Origin: Chlorokybus atmophyticus | Lineage: Eukaryota; Plantae; Mesostigma and Chlorokybus algae | DNA length: 20,247 bases | Reading direction: 5' to 3' | Assembly (NCBI GenBank): GCA_009103225.1 | Contig: RHPI01001198.1 | Coordinates: 1 to 20,247 of the forward strand | Part shown: positions 1 to 10,745 of the stretch, one piece after another | Numbering within the stretch: the stretch's first letter is position 1 | Layout of the letters: every line of letters starts with the position of its first letter | Program-made: the position numbers and the translations under genes | Notes under the pieces: model-generated | What the model was told of the DNA's origin: nothing | Database searches by the model: none | What the model saw: only the letters and a program-made list of their open reading frames with translations

Positions 1-382
1 AGTAGACGTGAGCGCAACTAATGCTCCCCATGTGTTTATTAACCGGCGCAATGAACGTGTGCTTCTTGTTGAAGGTACCCCTTCTCTGGTTGACACTGAT
101 TTGCTGCCAGTTGTTAGTCATTCTGACAATGAGGGCAGCAATTTTCCCCCCCTAAAATGTCTGCTCAACGCCCTCCTTTAAGCAAGCCTGTTGCGCTTCT
201 GGTGCTCGTCGATGGGGTGCTGCGGCCTGTTCACCCATATGTTGCCATAGAATTCAGTGCGGGCGTTGATAATGACACCAGGTGGTGCTTCATAGATGTC
301 CCGCTGGAGATCCTCATATATATATGTATAAATATATACATAGTAGTCTCGCTCGAGACAGCGGACCACTGGCTCTTGCTAT

Positions 383-1048
383 TCACAAAATTGGCGATAC
401 CTTGTTCAGCGCATACAAGCGCAGCACTGCTCGCACCATGAGCACGTAGCTAGCTCTGGAACGTTGCCCGATGGACGAGCAATGCCCGAAACAGCAGAAC
501 CACCTGTTGTCCAGGTTGTAAAAGTGGTCCAGGTTGGACGGCTTACGATCTAGTGGGGGCAACAACGGAGGATGCTCCGGAGCCAACCGATGGCGATTGT
601 ACAGATCCCAGAATATGGCGAGGGTCTCGTCATTGATGCGAAGGGTGCGAAAGTCGTGGCCTAGCTCCTGATGAGAGAGAGGGGCATCATGTACACCATA
701 TGGATTGGCATCCTTATCATCGCGCCACATAAAGTGGTCCCCTCCAATGTGCGCCGATGTGAGTGGCATATCCATGGCCGCATACATTGGCTCATGCCCG
801 AGCGGGAATAGTGCTGCTGGCACCTCAATTGTGGCGGTTGACGCAATTGTGGAAGTGGAGGGCCTTGCTCCTGTGGCAGCCATGGTGGGCGTGGACAATC
901 CAGTTATGGTCGTTTCCAGGGCAGTGGTGCTGGCTTGGGTAGTAGCTACATCGGTTAATGGCTGAGCTGTAGTGTCACGCAGCTGAGCTCTGCGCTCCTT
1001 TGGCCCGTACTTCCTCACGTTCGGAAGGGAATGATTGATCCCTTTCAA
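383..1048 (-). other. Unassigned 221-codon ORF (S/T/A-rich N-terminal part), possibly a decayed mobile-element or host gene fragment
   Basis: Open frame in the ORF track with a TTG start and no motif I recognise. Further protein-like open stretches continue on the minus strand to the window start (178..369 and below). Confidence 0.2.
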
Positions 1049-1490
1049 CGTCCGCTATGGTATAGAGGCAATTGAGGACATTATCAACAAACCCACCCAC
1101 ATGATGGAGGTGCTGACAGCTCGTCCCAACCTGCTAAAGACTTCATTACCCTCTGCGCTTGCCAACCTCAAGGCCGCGCAACGCCGAGACAAGCGTCGCT
1201 AGGAGAACGTGCACAGCGGTAGCTACGTACCTCCGACTCACAGGTTTAACAAGGCAGACCATGTCTACCGCAAGAAACAAATCATCAACACCCTGAACCC
1301 TGCCAACTACAGCATGGTATACAAGGATGCCCATGTGTGCGCCAAAAGCACCCCGTCGCTGCGTGACCCCGCGGGCACCCTCATGACATACGATGCGGAG
1401 AGTTGTTTTCTCTGACACCTCCCATACATTGAAGGCCTGAGAACCTGGCCCGTGGGTTTGTATTCTGAAGTGCACCGCGTGCGCCTCCAC
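1002..1490 (+). pseudogene. Decayed Ty3/Gypsy-type integrase C-terminal region (green-algal type)
   Basis: A single + frame reads GPYFLTFGRE*LIPFNVRYG...LTARPNLLKTSLPSALANLKAAQRRDKRR*ENVHSGSYVPPTHRFNKADHVY...ESCFL*HLPYIE. This parallels the SPYxLLFGR...RAxL...NLxIAQHRDxLRY...RF..GDYVY...C..CHLP pattern of algal gypsy pol. Three in-frame stops. Confidence 0.62.
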
Positions 1491-1648
1491 TAATTAACCC
1501 CTGAAGGAGTGTGACACCTGTTGGGAGCACTGGCATGCAGCCTCGATGTAATGCCTGCTGTAGTCGACCACGACGTCAACACCACCTCAGCGCTGCCATG
1601 GCGTTGCCCCCACTGCCAAGCTCATCGCGAGGACGCTAATGACTCAGC

Positions 1649-1670
1649 AAGGGGGGAGCTTGTTGAGTGA
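1649..1670 (+). other. Possible polypurine tract followed by an LTR-like 5' terminus (AAGGGGGGAG-CT-TGTTGAG)
   Basis: Purine tract at 1649-1658, then TGTTGAG at 1661, downstream of the integrase relic. No partner LTR is visible in the window. Confidence 0.3.
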
Positions 1671-1999
1671 TTACCACTACTTTCAAAGCTAAAAGGATAC
1701 GGTTACTTTCCCTTATCACTGTCTCTTGCACCTACTACTGCATCACCACGCACATTGTAGCTTAGGTGCTCTTCGCTTGGCCACCTACAAGTTGCCCCGC
1801 AGCATTACTCGTTTTGTATACTTCTGCACTTTTGTGCACGTACTCCCATTGCGAGATATACCCCGCGGTTGAGGCTTCCTTGCACGACATATCATTAAAC
1901 ATTATATTAACGTTTATTTATTCAATTTTTAAATGACGTCACGCAAATGTGTAACAGATGAGTTAGCTTCACATGACATGAGCCCATTACTGTTGCAGT

Positions 2000-2027
2000 G
2001 TTGTGAAAGCTACTATGGTTGACGTGG
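2000..2027 (+). repeat. 28-bp direct repeat, copy 1 (copy 2 at 4301-4328)
   Basis: GTTGTGAAAGCTACTATGGTTGA[C/T]GTGG; 27/28 identical between the two copies. Confidence 0.9.
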
Positions 2028-2029
2028 GC

Positions 2030-2200
2030 ATTCTGGGGAACCCACTCAAGGTGAACGCGGCACGACATGGCTCCCGCGCACATCGTGTACGTGCCAAGTG
2101 GACAAACTTGGCCACCGTGGAAGAACTCATGACCGCAGAATACACGCGCAGCACTCGGCCGCGCAACCTGCTGGTCGATGACATCCTCGACTCCCCTCGA
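2030..2200 (+). pseudogene. Fragment of a retrotransposon-associated C5-cytosine methyltransferase (motif VIII and start of the variable region)
   Basis: ORF 2003..2224 contains LGNPLKVNAARHGSRAHRVRAKWTNLA...[12 protein letters not shown], matching the LGxPxxxDAAxFGSxAHRxRxxWTNLA...RP...VxDIL signature of DNMTs carried by algal Ty3/Gypsy elements. Motifs I-VI are absent. Confidence 0.65.
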
Positions 2201-2220
2201 CCCGACACCCCCCTCTGCTC

Positions 2221-2969
2221 TTGACACGCACGCCGCAACTCCCCAACGGGGCGCCGCATCGCCCCAAGTTGCTGGACTTGTTTTGCGGAGGGGGAGGCGC
2301 CAGCATGGGCTTGTACCGCGCCGGCTTTGACGTCACTGGTGTGGATATACATGCCCAGCCAGAATACCCCTTCCACTTAATCCATGCCGATGCGCTGACA
2401 GTCGACCTGGTTGAGTACGATGTGATCTGGGCAAGTCCCCCCTGCCAGGCCTTTGCGCGCTGTATACCCGACACACAACGGTGCAGCACTCTCACAAATG
2501 GCAGCACAACACTTTGCTACATGACATCAGACAGAAGCTACACGAGTCCAGCAAGCATTACATCTTGGAAATTATCCCCGACGCGTCCATACACATGCGT
2601 GCCGACATGGTCCTGTGCGGCACCATGTTCTCGCTCTTTAAATTTCGACACAGAGTGTTCGAGTCCAGCCCGCTTCTGTCTGTTGACAAGGTTTGTGACC
2701 ATGCATTACACAGTTTGGGTGCGTTGTCTGGACACCGCACTGCACATACCAACGCGCAGCAGCCCCCACAGCACCAAATGTATCCGATCTATGGGCAAGC
2801 GGCTTCACGCGGGACTGTAGCAGGGTGGCAGAAAGCGATGGGCATCAATTGGATCCATGCAGAGTCTACTCTGGTAGAGTGCATACCCCCGGCGTACTCT
2901 GAGTACATAGGCCGCCAGATGTTGAAGGCGCTAGGGTACACTCTGCACGATTCATCTCTGTCGTGGTGA
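2221..2969 (+). pseudogene. Prokaryote/phage-type DNA (cytosine-5)-methyltransferase, frameshifted
   Basis: ORF 2221..2820 has motif [11 protein letters not shown], the GVDI..QPEYPF segment and catalytic motif IV WASPPCQ. ORF 2481..2969 (different frame) continues with YILEIIP (motif VI, normally ENV), [21 protein letters not shown] and ECIPPAYSEYIGRQML (motif X). Frameshift between about 2460 and 2510; no introns. Confidence 0.85.
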
Positions 2970-3269
2970 TCCACTGCATTGTGGTTCATGCACTTATTGG
3001 TCTTGCACACACATTGATAGCGCTGCAGTTGTTGAAAGTCACAATCTCGCTATATGACCTAGTGCGATGAAGCACGAGTCGACCAACGCAGTTTGCATCT
3101 TCAACAGATACAATCTGCAACAGCACACACCATCACCCATTCACAATCTGTACACGTCCCCACATGCACTGCAACCTCCTGAATTGTGGCATTTTTCAGT
3201 TCTCACCATGCACAAGATTATTTACAACACAACCCAGGCCACTGATACAATTTCAGCACAATGGCAAGT

Positions 3270-3535
3270 GGTCCAAGAGCCAGTGCACGTGCTGTAACTG
3301 CACCACTCTGTGTAATTTGCATTGCGCATTACAGCATGCATGGTTCAAGCTCTGCAAAAGCATTGAATTGCACACGCAAGTGTTCAAACTGCGCATGACC
3401 AATATACACAGGCAATGGTTCAAGGAGCCAGCTTACATGCTGTAACTGCACATGCATAGCGCATCCCAGTATGCACTTGCAAGCTCTGCACAAGTTCTGC
3501 ATTGCACACACCGCTGCCAAGAGCCAGGTGCACAG
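3270..3535. repeat. Degenerate tandem duplication (units starting about 3270, 3417 and 3516)
   Basis: Recurring blocks CCAAGAGCCAG, TGCTGTAACTGCAC, AAGCTCTGCA and TTGCACAC in the same order. Confidence 0.55.
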
Positions 3536-3792
3536 GGTCATAACTTCAAGCCTCGCAGTGGGACCTGCTGGTAGCGTGGAGCGCCGAGGTCAACACGACC
3601 GGTTCATTTGGGCTCAATCACACGACCCACTTGAAACAAGGCGGACTGCAATGCCGTCGGCATGGGCAACGCTGCCTGGGCAAGCGGCGGCGCCGGCGGC
3701 GCCGGCGGTCCATTTGCAGCGCTCACATCAGACGCACCATCGATAACAGGGACCGCAAGACTGCAATCAAAAACACACGGATTGACGTTCGG

Positions 3793-4086
3793 GGACCATG
3801 CATGGTCCTTCCACGGACCCCGCGGGCCATACATGGTCCGTCCCCGCGGACCACGAGTGTCTGGTCCGCGAGGGACGGACCGTCCATGGTCCTTTTGGGG
3901 CCCCAACACCTGGCGCGCAGTTGCGCACCACATATGGTCCGTGCCGCACCTTGTATGGTGCGGCACGGACCAGTACTCTACGCTGGTTCCTGGATGCGGA
4001 CCAGGAGTGGGCCCGCGGCTCAGCGGCCCGGCAGCCGCGCACCGTACATGGTCCGTGCCGCACCATGTATGGGGCGGCATGGACCA
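3793..4086. repeat. GC-rich palindrome/hairpin array with 13 GGWCC sites
   Basis: Perfect palindromes at 3793-3808 and 3895-3906; hairpins at 3835-3881, 3935-3972 (perfect 16-bp stem) and 4049-4086 (diverged copy). Confidence 0.9.
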
Positions 4087-4300
4087 GCAATGTTGCTGGT
4101 TGGCGGCCCTGCAGGGCGCGCTACACGTGTACCATGACTGTAGTATCGTTATTGCATGAACGAGTACATACGTACAATGTGTGTATCATCATTTAATAAA
4201 TGACAGGCCGCACTGACTGTCGCCGCTTACCATAAAGTGGACAGTCGCAAATGGTCGGCGGCTGTCAATGTATATTGACAGCCGGCTGTCCACGTACACN

Positions 4301-4328
4301 GTTGTGAAAGCTACTATGGTTGATGTGG
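4301..4328 (+). repeat. 28-bp direct repeat, copy 2 (immediately after the N at 4300)
   Basis: 27/28 match to 2000-2027. Confidence 0.9.
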
Positions 4329-4684
4329 CTTGTCGATGAATGCATCCATAGTCAGTTGCGGCCAATGCAAGTGCTGCCACTTAACGGCACATTGGCGGGC
4401 CACATCAATTGCCAGTAGACCGGTAGACATTCATGTGGCGGCGACTCCGTGACTGGCATGAACACTGTTTATCGAACAGCCGGTCCACTCACTGACATCG
4501 CTCACTGACATCACGGCGCACAGCCGGCCGGCCGCTTATTGCGGTAGGCGCGGCGACGACTGGCCGGCTGTAGAAATCACATGACGAAGTTTGTGGCGGG
4601 TCGCCACACACTAGTACCGGTATGCAATGTAAGCAAAACGTGTGTGCTAAATACGTGACGCTGGCAGTCCGGCTGTTGGTGACG

Positions 4685-7600
4685 ATGACGGTGGCGGTGC
4701 CGGCGCCTTGGGCGCTGCCGGCCGAGGAGGTGGCCAGGCAGCACGGGTCGAGCCTGGTGCACGGGCTGACGGCGGAGGGGGTGGAGGAGCAGCGGAGGAC
4801 GCACGGATGGAACGAGCTGACCAGGCCGCCGCCCACGCCGCTCTGGAAGCTCGTACTAGCACAGTTTGACGACCTCCTCGTGCGCATACTCCTAGGCGCC
4901 GCCGTGGTCAGCTTCATCCTCGCCGTCATTGATGACGCGCACGACGGCGAGGGTGCCGAGGACGTGGACGGCCTTTTTGAGTATGTCGAACCCCTCGTTA
5001 TCGTCCTTATCCTTATCGTCAACGCCATGGTCGGCGTCTGGCAGGTCAGCACCAACAGCGCAAGTTAGGGTTTCAGTCTTCATGCTTGTTTCTTAGTGTT
5101 ACATTTCTGTCTTTATCAATTGCTCGCCTTATTGGAGCTAAGCGTTATTTTTGCCAAGTTGGTTGCATGGAGAGGTGAGCACCAGGCAGTTGCATTTTGG
5201 CCTGATGTGACACAAACTGTCGCAAGCCGAGTTTAACGCCGCACCATTATCTCCGCCAACTTGGCTCTTGAACTGAACATGAAACAGTAGGCCTGTGACT
5301 GTGATGCTGGCAGCCAATAAGCATTGACAGTACTAACCACAATAGTGATTTCGAGCGAGTAATTGTACTGCTTTCCATTACTATCATTAGTGGTTTTGTC
5401 ATCATCGCCAGTGATGGTGTGGCTGCAATTTTGGCGTGCTACTCCCACACACAGACAAGCGCATCGGTCTCTTGTGCCGAATAAGCATTGACAGTGTTGA
5501 TCAAAATAATAATAGTAATTGTGCGCAAGTAGTTGTACTGCTTTCCATCATTGTCATCATTGCCGGTGATGGTTTGGCTGCGTTTTGGGTGTGGTACTCC
5601 CACACAGCCATGCGCATCGGTCTCTCTTGTCAACGACAGTTATTGTACATGTGCATGTGGAAAAGCATGTTATTGACTGAACAATGCGGTTTGCAGGAAA
5701 GCAATGCAGAGAACGCACTAGAAGCACTGAAAGAGATGCAGAGCGAAACCGCGCATGTTGTGCGCGGTGCGCGCACACTGACGGAAATCCCTGCGCGCGA
5801 GCTCGTCCCTGGCGACTTGATTGAGTTGCATGCGGGGGATAGGGTGCCCGCCGACGCGCGCGTGGTCTCCCTCCGAACAGCCACATGTCGTGTGGACCAG
5901 TCGTCCCTCACCGGCGAGGCGCAGGCTGTGCAGAAGTCCACAGCACCGGTTGAAGCCGGTGCAGACATTCAGGGCAAGGAATGCATGGTTTTTGCTGGCA
6001 CGGCGGTGGCCAATGGGAGTGTCCGCGCCATTGTTACACACACTGGTATGGAGACGGAGATTGGCCATGTGCAGTCGCAAATCCAGGCGGCGTCTTTGGA
6101 GGACACCGACACGCCCTTGAAAAAGAAACTGGATGAGTTTGGCAAGCGCCTCACGTGGGTGATCGGCGTCATCTGCGCGCTGGTGTGGCTCATCAATTAT
6201 CGCTATTTCCTCTTCTGGCCGGAAGGCTCCTGGCTGCCCGCTGTCGATTTCTCCAAGTGCACATACTACTTCAAGATCGCTGTGGCGCTCGCCGTTGCTG
6301 CGATACCTGAAGGTTGGTTTGATTGCATCCTAGTGTGGGTTCTTGTTCGAGGTGGTGACGTATATTGGTTGTGTGAGTTGCAATTGATGTGGTATACTTG
6401 TGGCACGGCAAGCTCTTGCACTTACACATGTTGCCAATCAGGTCTGCCGGCTGTTATAACAACTTGTCTGGCTCTTGGCACCCGCAAAATGGCACAGAAG
6501 AACGCCATTGTGCGCAAGCTGCCTTCAGTGGAAACTCTGGGATGCACGACGGTGATATGCTCGGACAAGACAGGCACGCTGACCACCAACCAGATGGCGG
6601 TTGTGGCGCTCGCAGCCCCCGGCACACATGCGGTACAGATGTTCATGTGTTTCCTGTTGTTGTATGTAGATTAGTAGTGCACACTATTTTATATTTATTT
6701 TATATTGTTAGTCGATCCGCTAGGACATGTGTGCACCCAGAGTGGGAAGTATCTGTGGCGTGGTATGCAGGAGGACGGCAGGGTGAGGCCTGAACTCATC
6801 TTCCGATGTTGCTGTTGTCGGATGTTGTCTCGCCCTCGAGTTGGATTGGATGCTGCTTAAATCTGTTGCCACTGCAATTGCCAAAGCAGAATACCGAAGT
6901 TGTTTTGCTTGTTTGTTGAAGGAGGAGCTGAGGGAGTTTATTGTGGAAGGCTCTACCTATGACGCATCTCAGGGGCGTGTGGTGGGCCTGCCACCCTCTC
7001 TCGATTATGTGCTGCAGGGTATAGCACAGGTATGCATCAGACAGCTTTGCACTGTCAAGCACTCTGACACAACACATGGCGTGCTTGCCATGCTTCGCAG
7101 TTGCTGCCGGTATATCAAGATTTCACTGCCCTGTATTCAAGCAGCATTCTGTGGCTTGCTAACTGGTGCTGATGAGTAGGTGTGTGCCTTGAATAACGAT
7201 GCCCACGTTGAGTTCGCCCGCGGCCTGTTCCGCGCATCTGGCATGCCCACAGAGGCTGCATTGAAAGTGTTGGTTGAAAAGCTTGGAGTTCCGGACGTCT
7301 CTGCGCAGTCCGCCATAGGGCAAGCTCGCTTGAGAGACCCTTTCGCACACCCGCTTGGTATGTGCAACTTTGTCCAATTGATTCATGGGCGTTCACTGTA
7401 TGCACACCAAGTTTTAGCTGACCCGCGATTCGGCAGGCTGCTGTGAGTTCTGGTCATCGCAGTTCAAGCGCGTGGCGCTATTAGAGTTCGATCGCGATCG
7501 CAAGTCGATGGGTGTCGTTGTTACGCCAGCCACAGCTGGCTCTATGAATGGCCCCATGACGCGACGCAGGTCCATGGCGGCTCAGCCACAGAATGTCCTG

Positions 7601-9307
7601 CTTGTGAAGGTAGGGTCGATGATTACCCTATCATCTGTTCCATGTCTACTGCTTGCCCTGTGCAACCTTTGTGGTACTGTTGGGTATTGCGGTGCGCTCA
7701 TGTAAGGCTGGCGTGGTCAGGGTGCACCAGAGAACTTGTTGGAGAGGTGTTCCCATATCCGGTTGTCAGACGGCTCGGAAGTTCCACTGACAGATGGCAC
7801 GCGAACGGCTTTGCTGTCATGTGTTGAACGCATGTCTTCCCGCGCTCTGCGATGCCTGGCCTTTGCCACGAAGCACTCAAATCTTGGCGACCTGGCAGAC
7901 TATGATGGCACGGTGACCCACCCGGGCCACCGCCTTCTGCTCGAGCCCAACAATTACAGGCTGATTGAGAGCAACCTCACGTTTGTTGGTGTTGCCGGCC
8001 TTCAGGACCCGCCCCGTCCTGAAGTGGCGCAGTCCATTGAGGAGTGCAGGCAGGCTGGCATTCGCGTGATTATGATCACGGGCGACAATAAGCTCACTGC
8101 TGAGGCGATTTGCCGCGAGATTGGCATCTTCACAAAGCTGGAGAACATTTCCGACCGCTCCTTCACAGGCAAAGAGTGGGAGATTCAAGACCCGTTCAAG
8201 CAGCAACAGATCCTTGCGAACGCTTCGCTTGGGCTTGTGTTCTCCCGCGCTGAGCCGCGTCATAAGCAGGAGATTGTGAGAGTGCTGAGGAACTTGGGTG
8301 AGGTTGTGGCTATGACAGGTGATGGTGTAAACGACGCACCCGCCCTCAAGCTTGCAGACATTGGTATCGCTATGGGCATTGCGGGCACGGAGGTGGCTAA
8401 AGAGGCCTCGGACATGGTTTTGGCCGATGACAATTTTTCCACTATTGTGTCTGCTGTCGCTGAGGGCCGCTCCATATACAATAACATGAAGGCCTTCATC
8501 CGCTACATGATCTCCTCCAATATCGGAGAGGTGGCCTCTATCTTCTTGACTGCCGCCCTTGGCATGCCAGAAAACCTCATTCCCGTGCAGCTTCTTTGGG
8601 TCAATCTGGTCACGGATGGTCCTCCCGCCACAGCACTGGGCTTCAATCCCCCAGAGCTCGATGTGATGCAGCGCCCCCCTCGCAATGCGGAAGACAAGTT
8701 AATCTCGCCTTGGGTGTTCTTCCGTTACCTTGTTATTGGCACATATGTTGGGATCGCTACGGTGGGCGTGTTTGCCGCATGGTACACGACCTCCTCCTTC
8801 TTGGGCATTGATCTTTCAAGTGACGGGCACACGCCCATTACCTTGAGTGAGTTGACGCACTGGGACAGCTGCCACACATGGAAGGACTTTGAACCCACAC
8901 CATTCACTGCGGGCTGGCAGCGCTTCAGTTTCGATAGCGACCCGTGCTCATACTTCTCAACAGGCAAGATCAAGGCGGCCACGCTTTCGCTGTCCGTGCT
9001 CGTGGCCATTGAGATGTTCAACGCGCTGAATGCACTGTCGGAGGACGGCTCGCTGCTGTCCATGCCTCCGTGGGTCAACCCGTGGCTGCTGGTCGCCATG
9101 TGCGTGTCTTTTGGCCTGCATTTTCTAATCATGTACGTTCCGTTCTTTGCCCGCGTCTTCTCTATAGTCCCTTTGTCCTTCAACGAATGGCTGTTGGTGC
9201 TGCTGTTCGCGGCACCCGTTGTGCTCATTGATGAGGTTCTCAAGTTTATTGGAAGGCATTCGACGAGCCGTCACCTGAAAAAGCGGCTACGAAAGAAGAC
9301 AGCTTAG
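4685..9307 (+). CDS. ECA1: ER-type P2A Ca2+-ATPase (SERCA-like, plant ECA1/2/4 clade). Exons 4685-5044, 5697-6312, 6442-6632, 6922-7029, 7180-7357, 7437-7609, 7721-9307; about 1070 aa
   Basis: All six introns are GT-AG and phase-consistent (3213 nt CDS). Motifs: LTGE, AIPEGLP (across the exon 2/3 junction), phosphorylation site [32 protein letters not shown]. The C-terminal third closely follows plant ECA proteins and ends in the KKxx ER-retrieval signal (KKTA). The paralog number and the exon 3/4 boundaries are less certain. Confidence 0.95.
5313..5630. repeat. Diverged tandem duplication (about 160-bp unit x2) in ECA intron 1
   Basis: 5313-5475 and 5476-5630 share AATAAGCATTGACAGT, TTGTACTGCTTTCCAT, TACTCCCACAC and GCGCATCGGTCTC. 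Confidence 0.85.
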
Positions 9308-9855
9308 GCACGCAGGCAGGTCACGCAGGTTGTTAGGCAAGAGGATTGTAGATTTTGTACCAGTATAACCTACCACTAACTGCCCCCATTGATTGTTTGC
9401 CAATAGCTGAGGCCTGGCAGCTATTGTCTGCTGCACACTGCACACTGTGCGATGAAGCTAGCTTGTTTGAGCACACGTTTACCACGACTGTTTAGGCATG
9501 CTACAGTTGTACGGAAGTATACATAGTTGCCAATTGCACTCTAGGAGACGTCATGCGTCGCATGTTGCCTTGTTTCATTTCAATAACTACTGTTGTGCTC
9601 TGCTACTGTGTTGCTGTGCTGCGACTTGTACACATATACATGGCTTAGAGCTAGCTTAGGTATAGAAGCTGTACCCCCCATGCTAGGTTTTGTTGTCTAC
9701 TATGGGCTTTGTGGTCATGCCTATGTTGTGAGTCGGAGAGTAGTGTTTACTTGGTCGCTTGGCACTACTACCATGCCTCGTGCCTACTTCAATTCAAGTC
9801 ATTGCTGTTATCGCGATTTGCTTTGCTTCGTTGAGGGGGTGTTTCCCATTCTAGT

Positions 9856-10283
9856 GGAAGGTGCGCTCCATGCGCACGGTGTATAAGTAGAACTACCATT
9901 TATTCAATCACTGAACTAATAAACCTAGGGCCAAGAGGCAAAAGTTCGTGCATAATCAACCACAAGTGTGCTCACTGTAATGTGTTCGCATTGAACCGGA
10001 TACCTAACCCCTCAGACATGTCTGAAGAGGAATGGTACAAAAAGGGGAGAGGTAGGGATAGGTATAGGTAGGAAGGTGCGCTCCACGCGCACGGTGTATA
10101 AGTAGAACTACCGTTTATTTAATCACTAAACAGATAAACCTACGGCGAAGAGGCAAAAGTTCTTGCATAATCAACCACAAGTGTGCTCAGCTGTAATGTG
10201 TTTGCATTGGACCGGATACTTAACCCCTCGGACATGTTTGAAGAGAGGACTGGTACATAAAGTGGAGAGGTAGGGATAGGTAT
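9856..10283. repeat. Tandem duplication, 215-bp period, 2 copies
   Basis: GGAAGGTGCGCTCCA... starts at 9856 and 10071. The units are colinear through GGAGAGGTAGGGATAGGTAT with scattered substitutions. Confidence 0.92.
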
Positions 10284-10745
10284 TTGATCACACAATGCTT
10301 TCTTATCAACCCCGTGGTCCAAATGTTGAAGAGGCAATATGGTTAAGCATACTCGACACAAAAAATGTCTAGTGCGCACAGGATACCGGCTTTACAGAAA
10401 GCCGGTTATCTGTGCGCATTAAGCCAACTCTTGCAAACCTGCCACAATCCATGGATTGGCATTATCACAGAGGCTGTCGCATCCGCTTGCTTGCAATCAG
10501 GTACATAGATCACAATATAGTGGGAATGCAATGCATATGCACAAGCATGCGAGTTGGCCAAGCCCGTTGTATGTTGGGCAATGTGCAATGTGCTCATATC
10601 ACACACTCGCCCTCATCCATAGTGAAGCGGCGAGCGCCACACCCACATTCACACAACCAATACACCTCTCATACCCCAACCCATCAGCATCTAAAACTTT
10701 TAGGAATTGGCAATTCCTTAGGAAGCGCCCACAGTGAGCAAGTTG

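Noticed and set aside
2462-2486. A GT...AG mini-intron that might repair the DNMT frameshift
   Set aside because: It is only 25 nt, and removing it leads to the wrong frame.
3793-4086. Possible CRISPR-like array or Helitron 3' end
   Set aside because: Only two copies of the main hairpin unit, no regular unique spacers, no cas genes and a eukaryotic context. No CTRR terminus follows the hairpins.
3604-4196. Six overlapping ORFs of 107-168 aa on both strands
   Set aside because: They arise from the GC-rich palindrome array, which lacks stops; they are repetitive and show no protein motif.
4622-4684. Upstream in-frame ATG for ECA
   Set aside because: The extra 21 codons do not look like ECA sequence. 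ATG 4685 gives the expected length and sits just before the conserved PW motif, but 4622 cannot be formally excluded.
5436-5696. N-terminal part of the 412-aa ORF as coding
   Set aside because: It is read-through of intron 1 (the duplicated region); ATPase similarity starts at the AG acceptor at 5696/5697.
7877-9243. Antisense ORFs over the last ECA exon
   Set aside because: Shadow frames of a GC-rich coding exon.
10290-10740. ORFs 10412..10813 and 10456..10737 as genes
   Set aside because: No recognisable motif or splice-supported structure, and 10412..10813 runs into the LTR.
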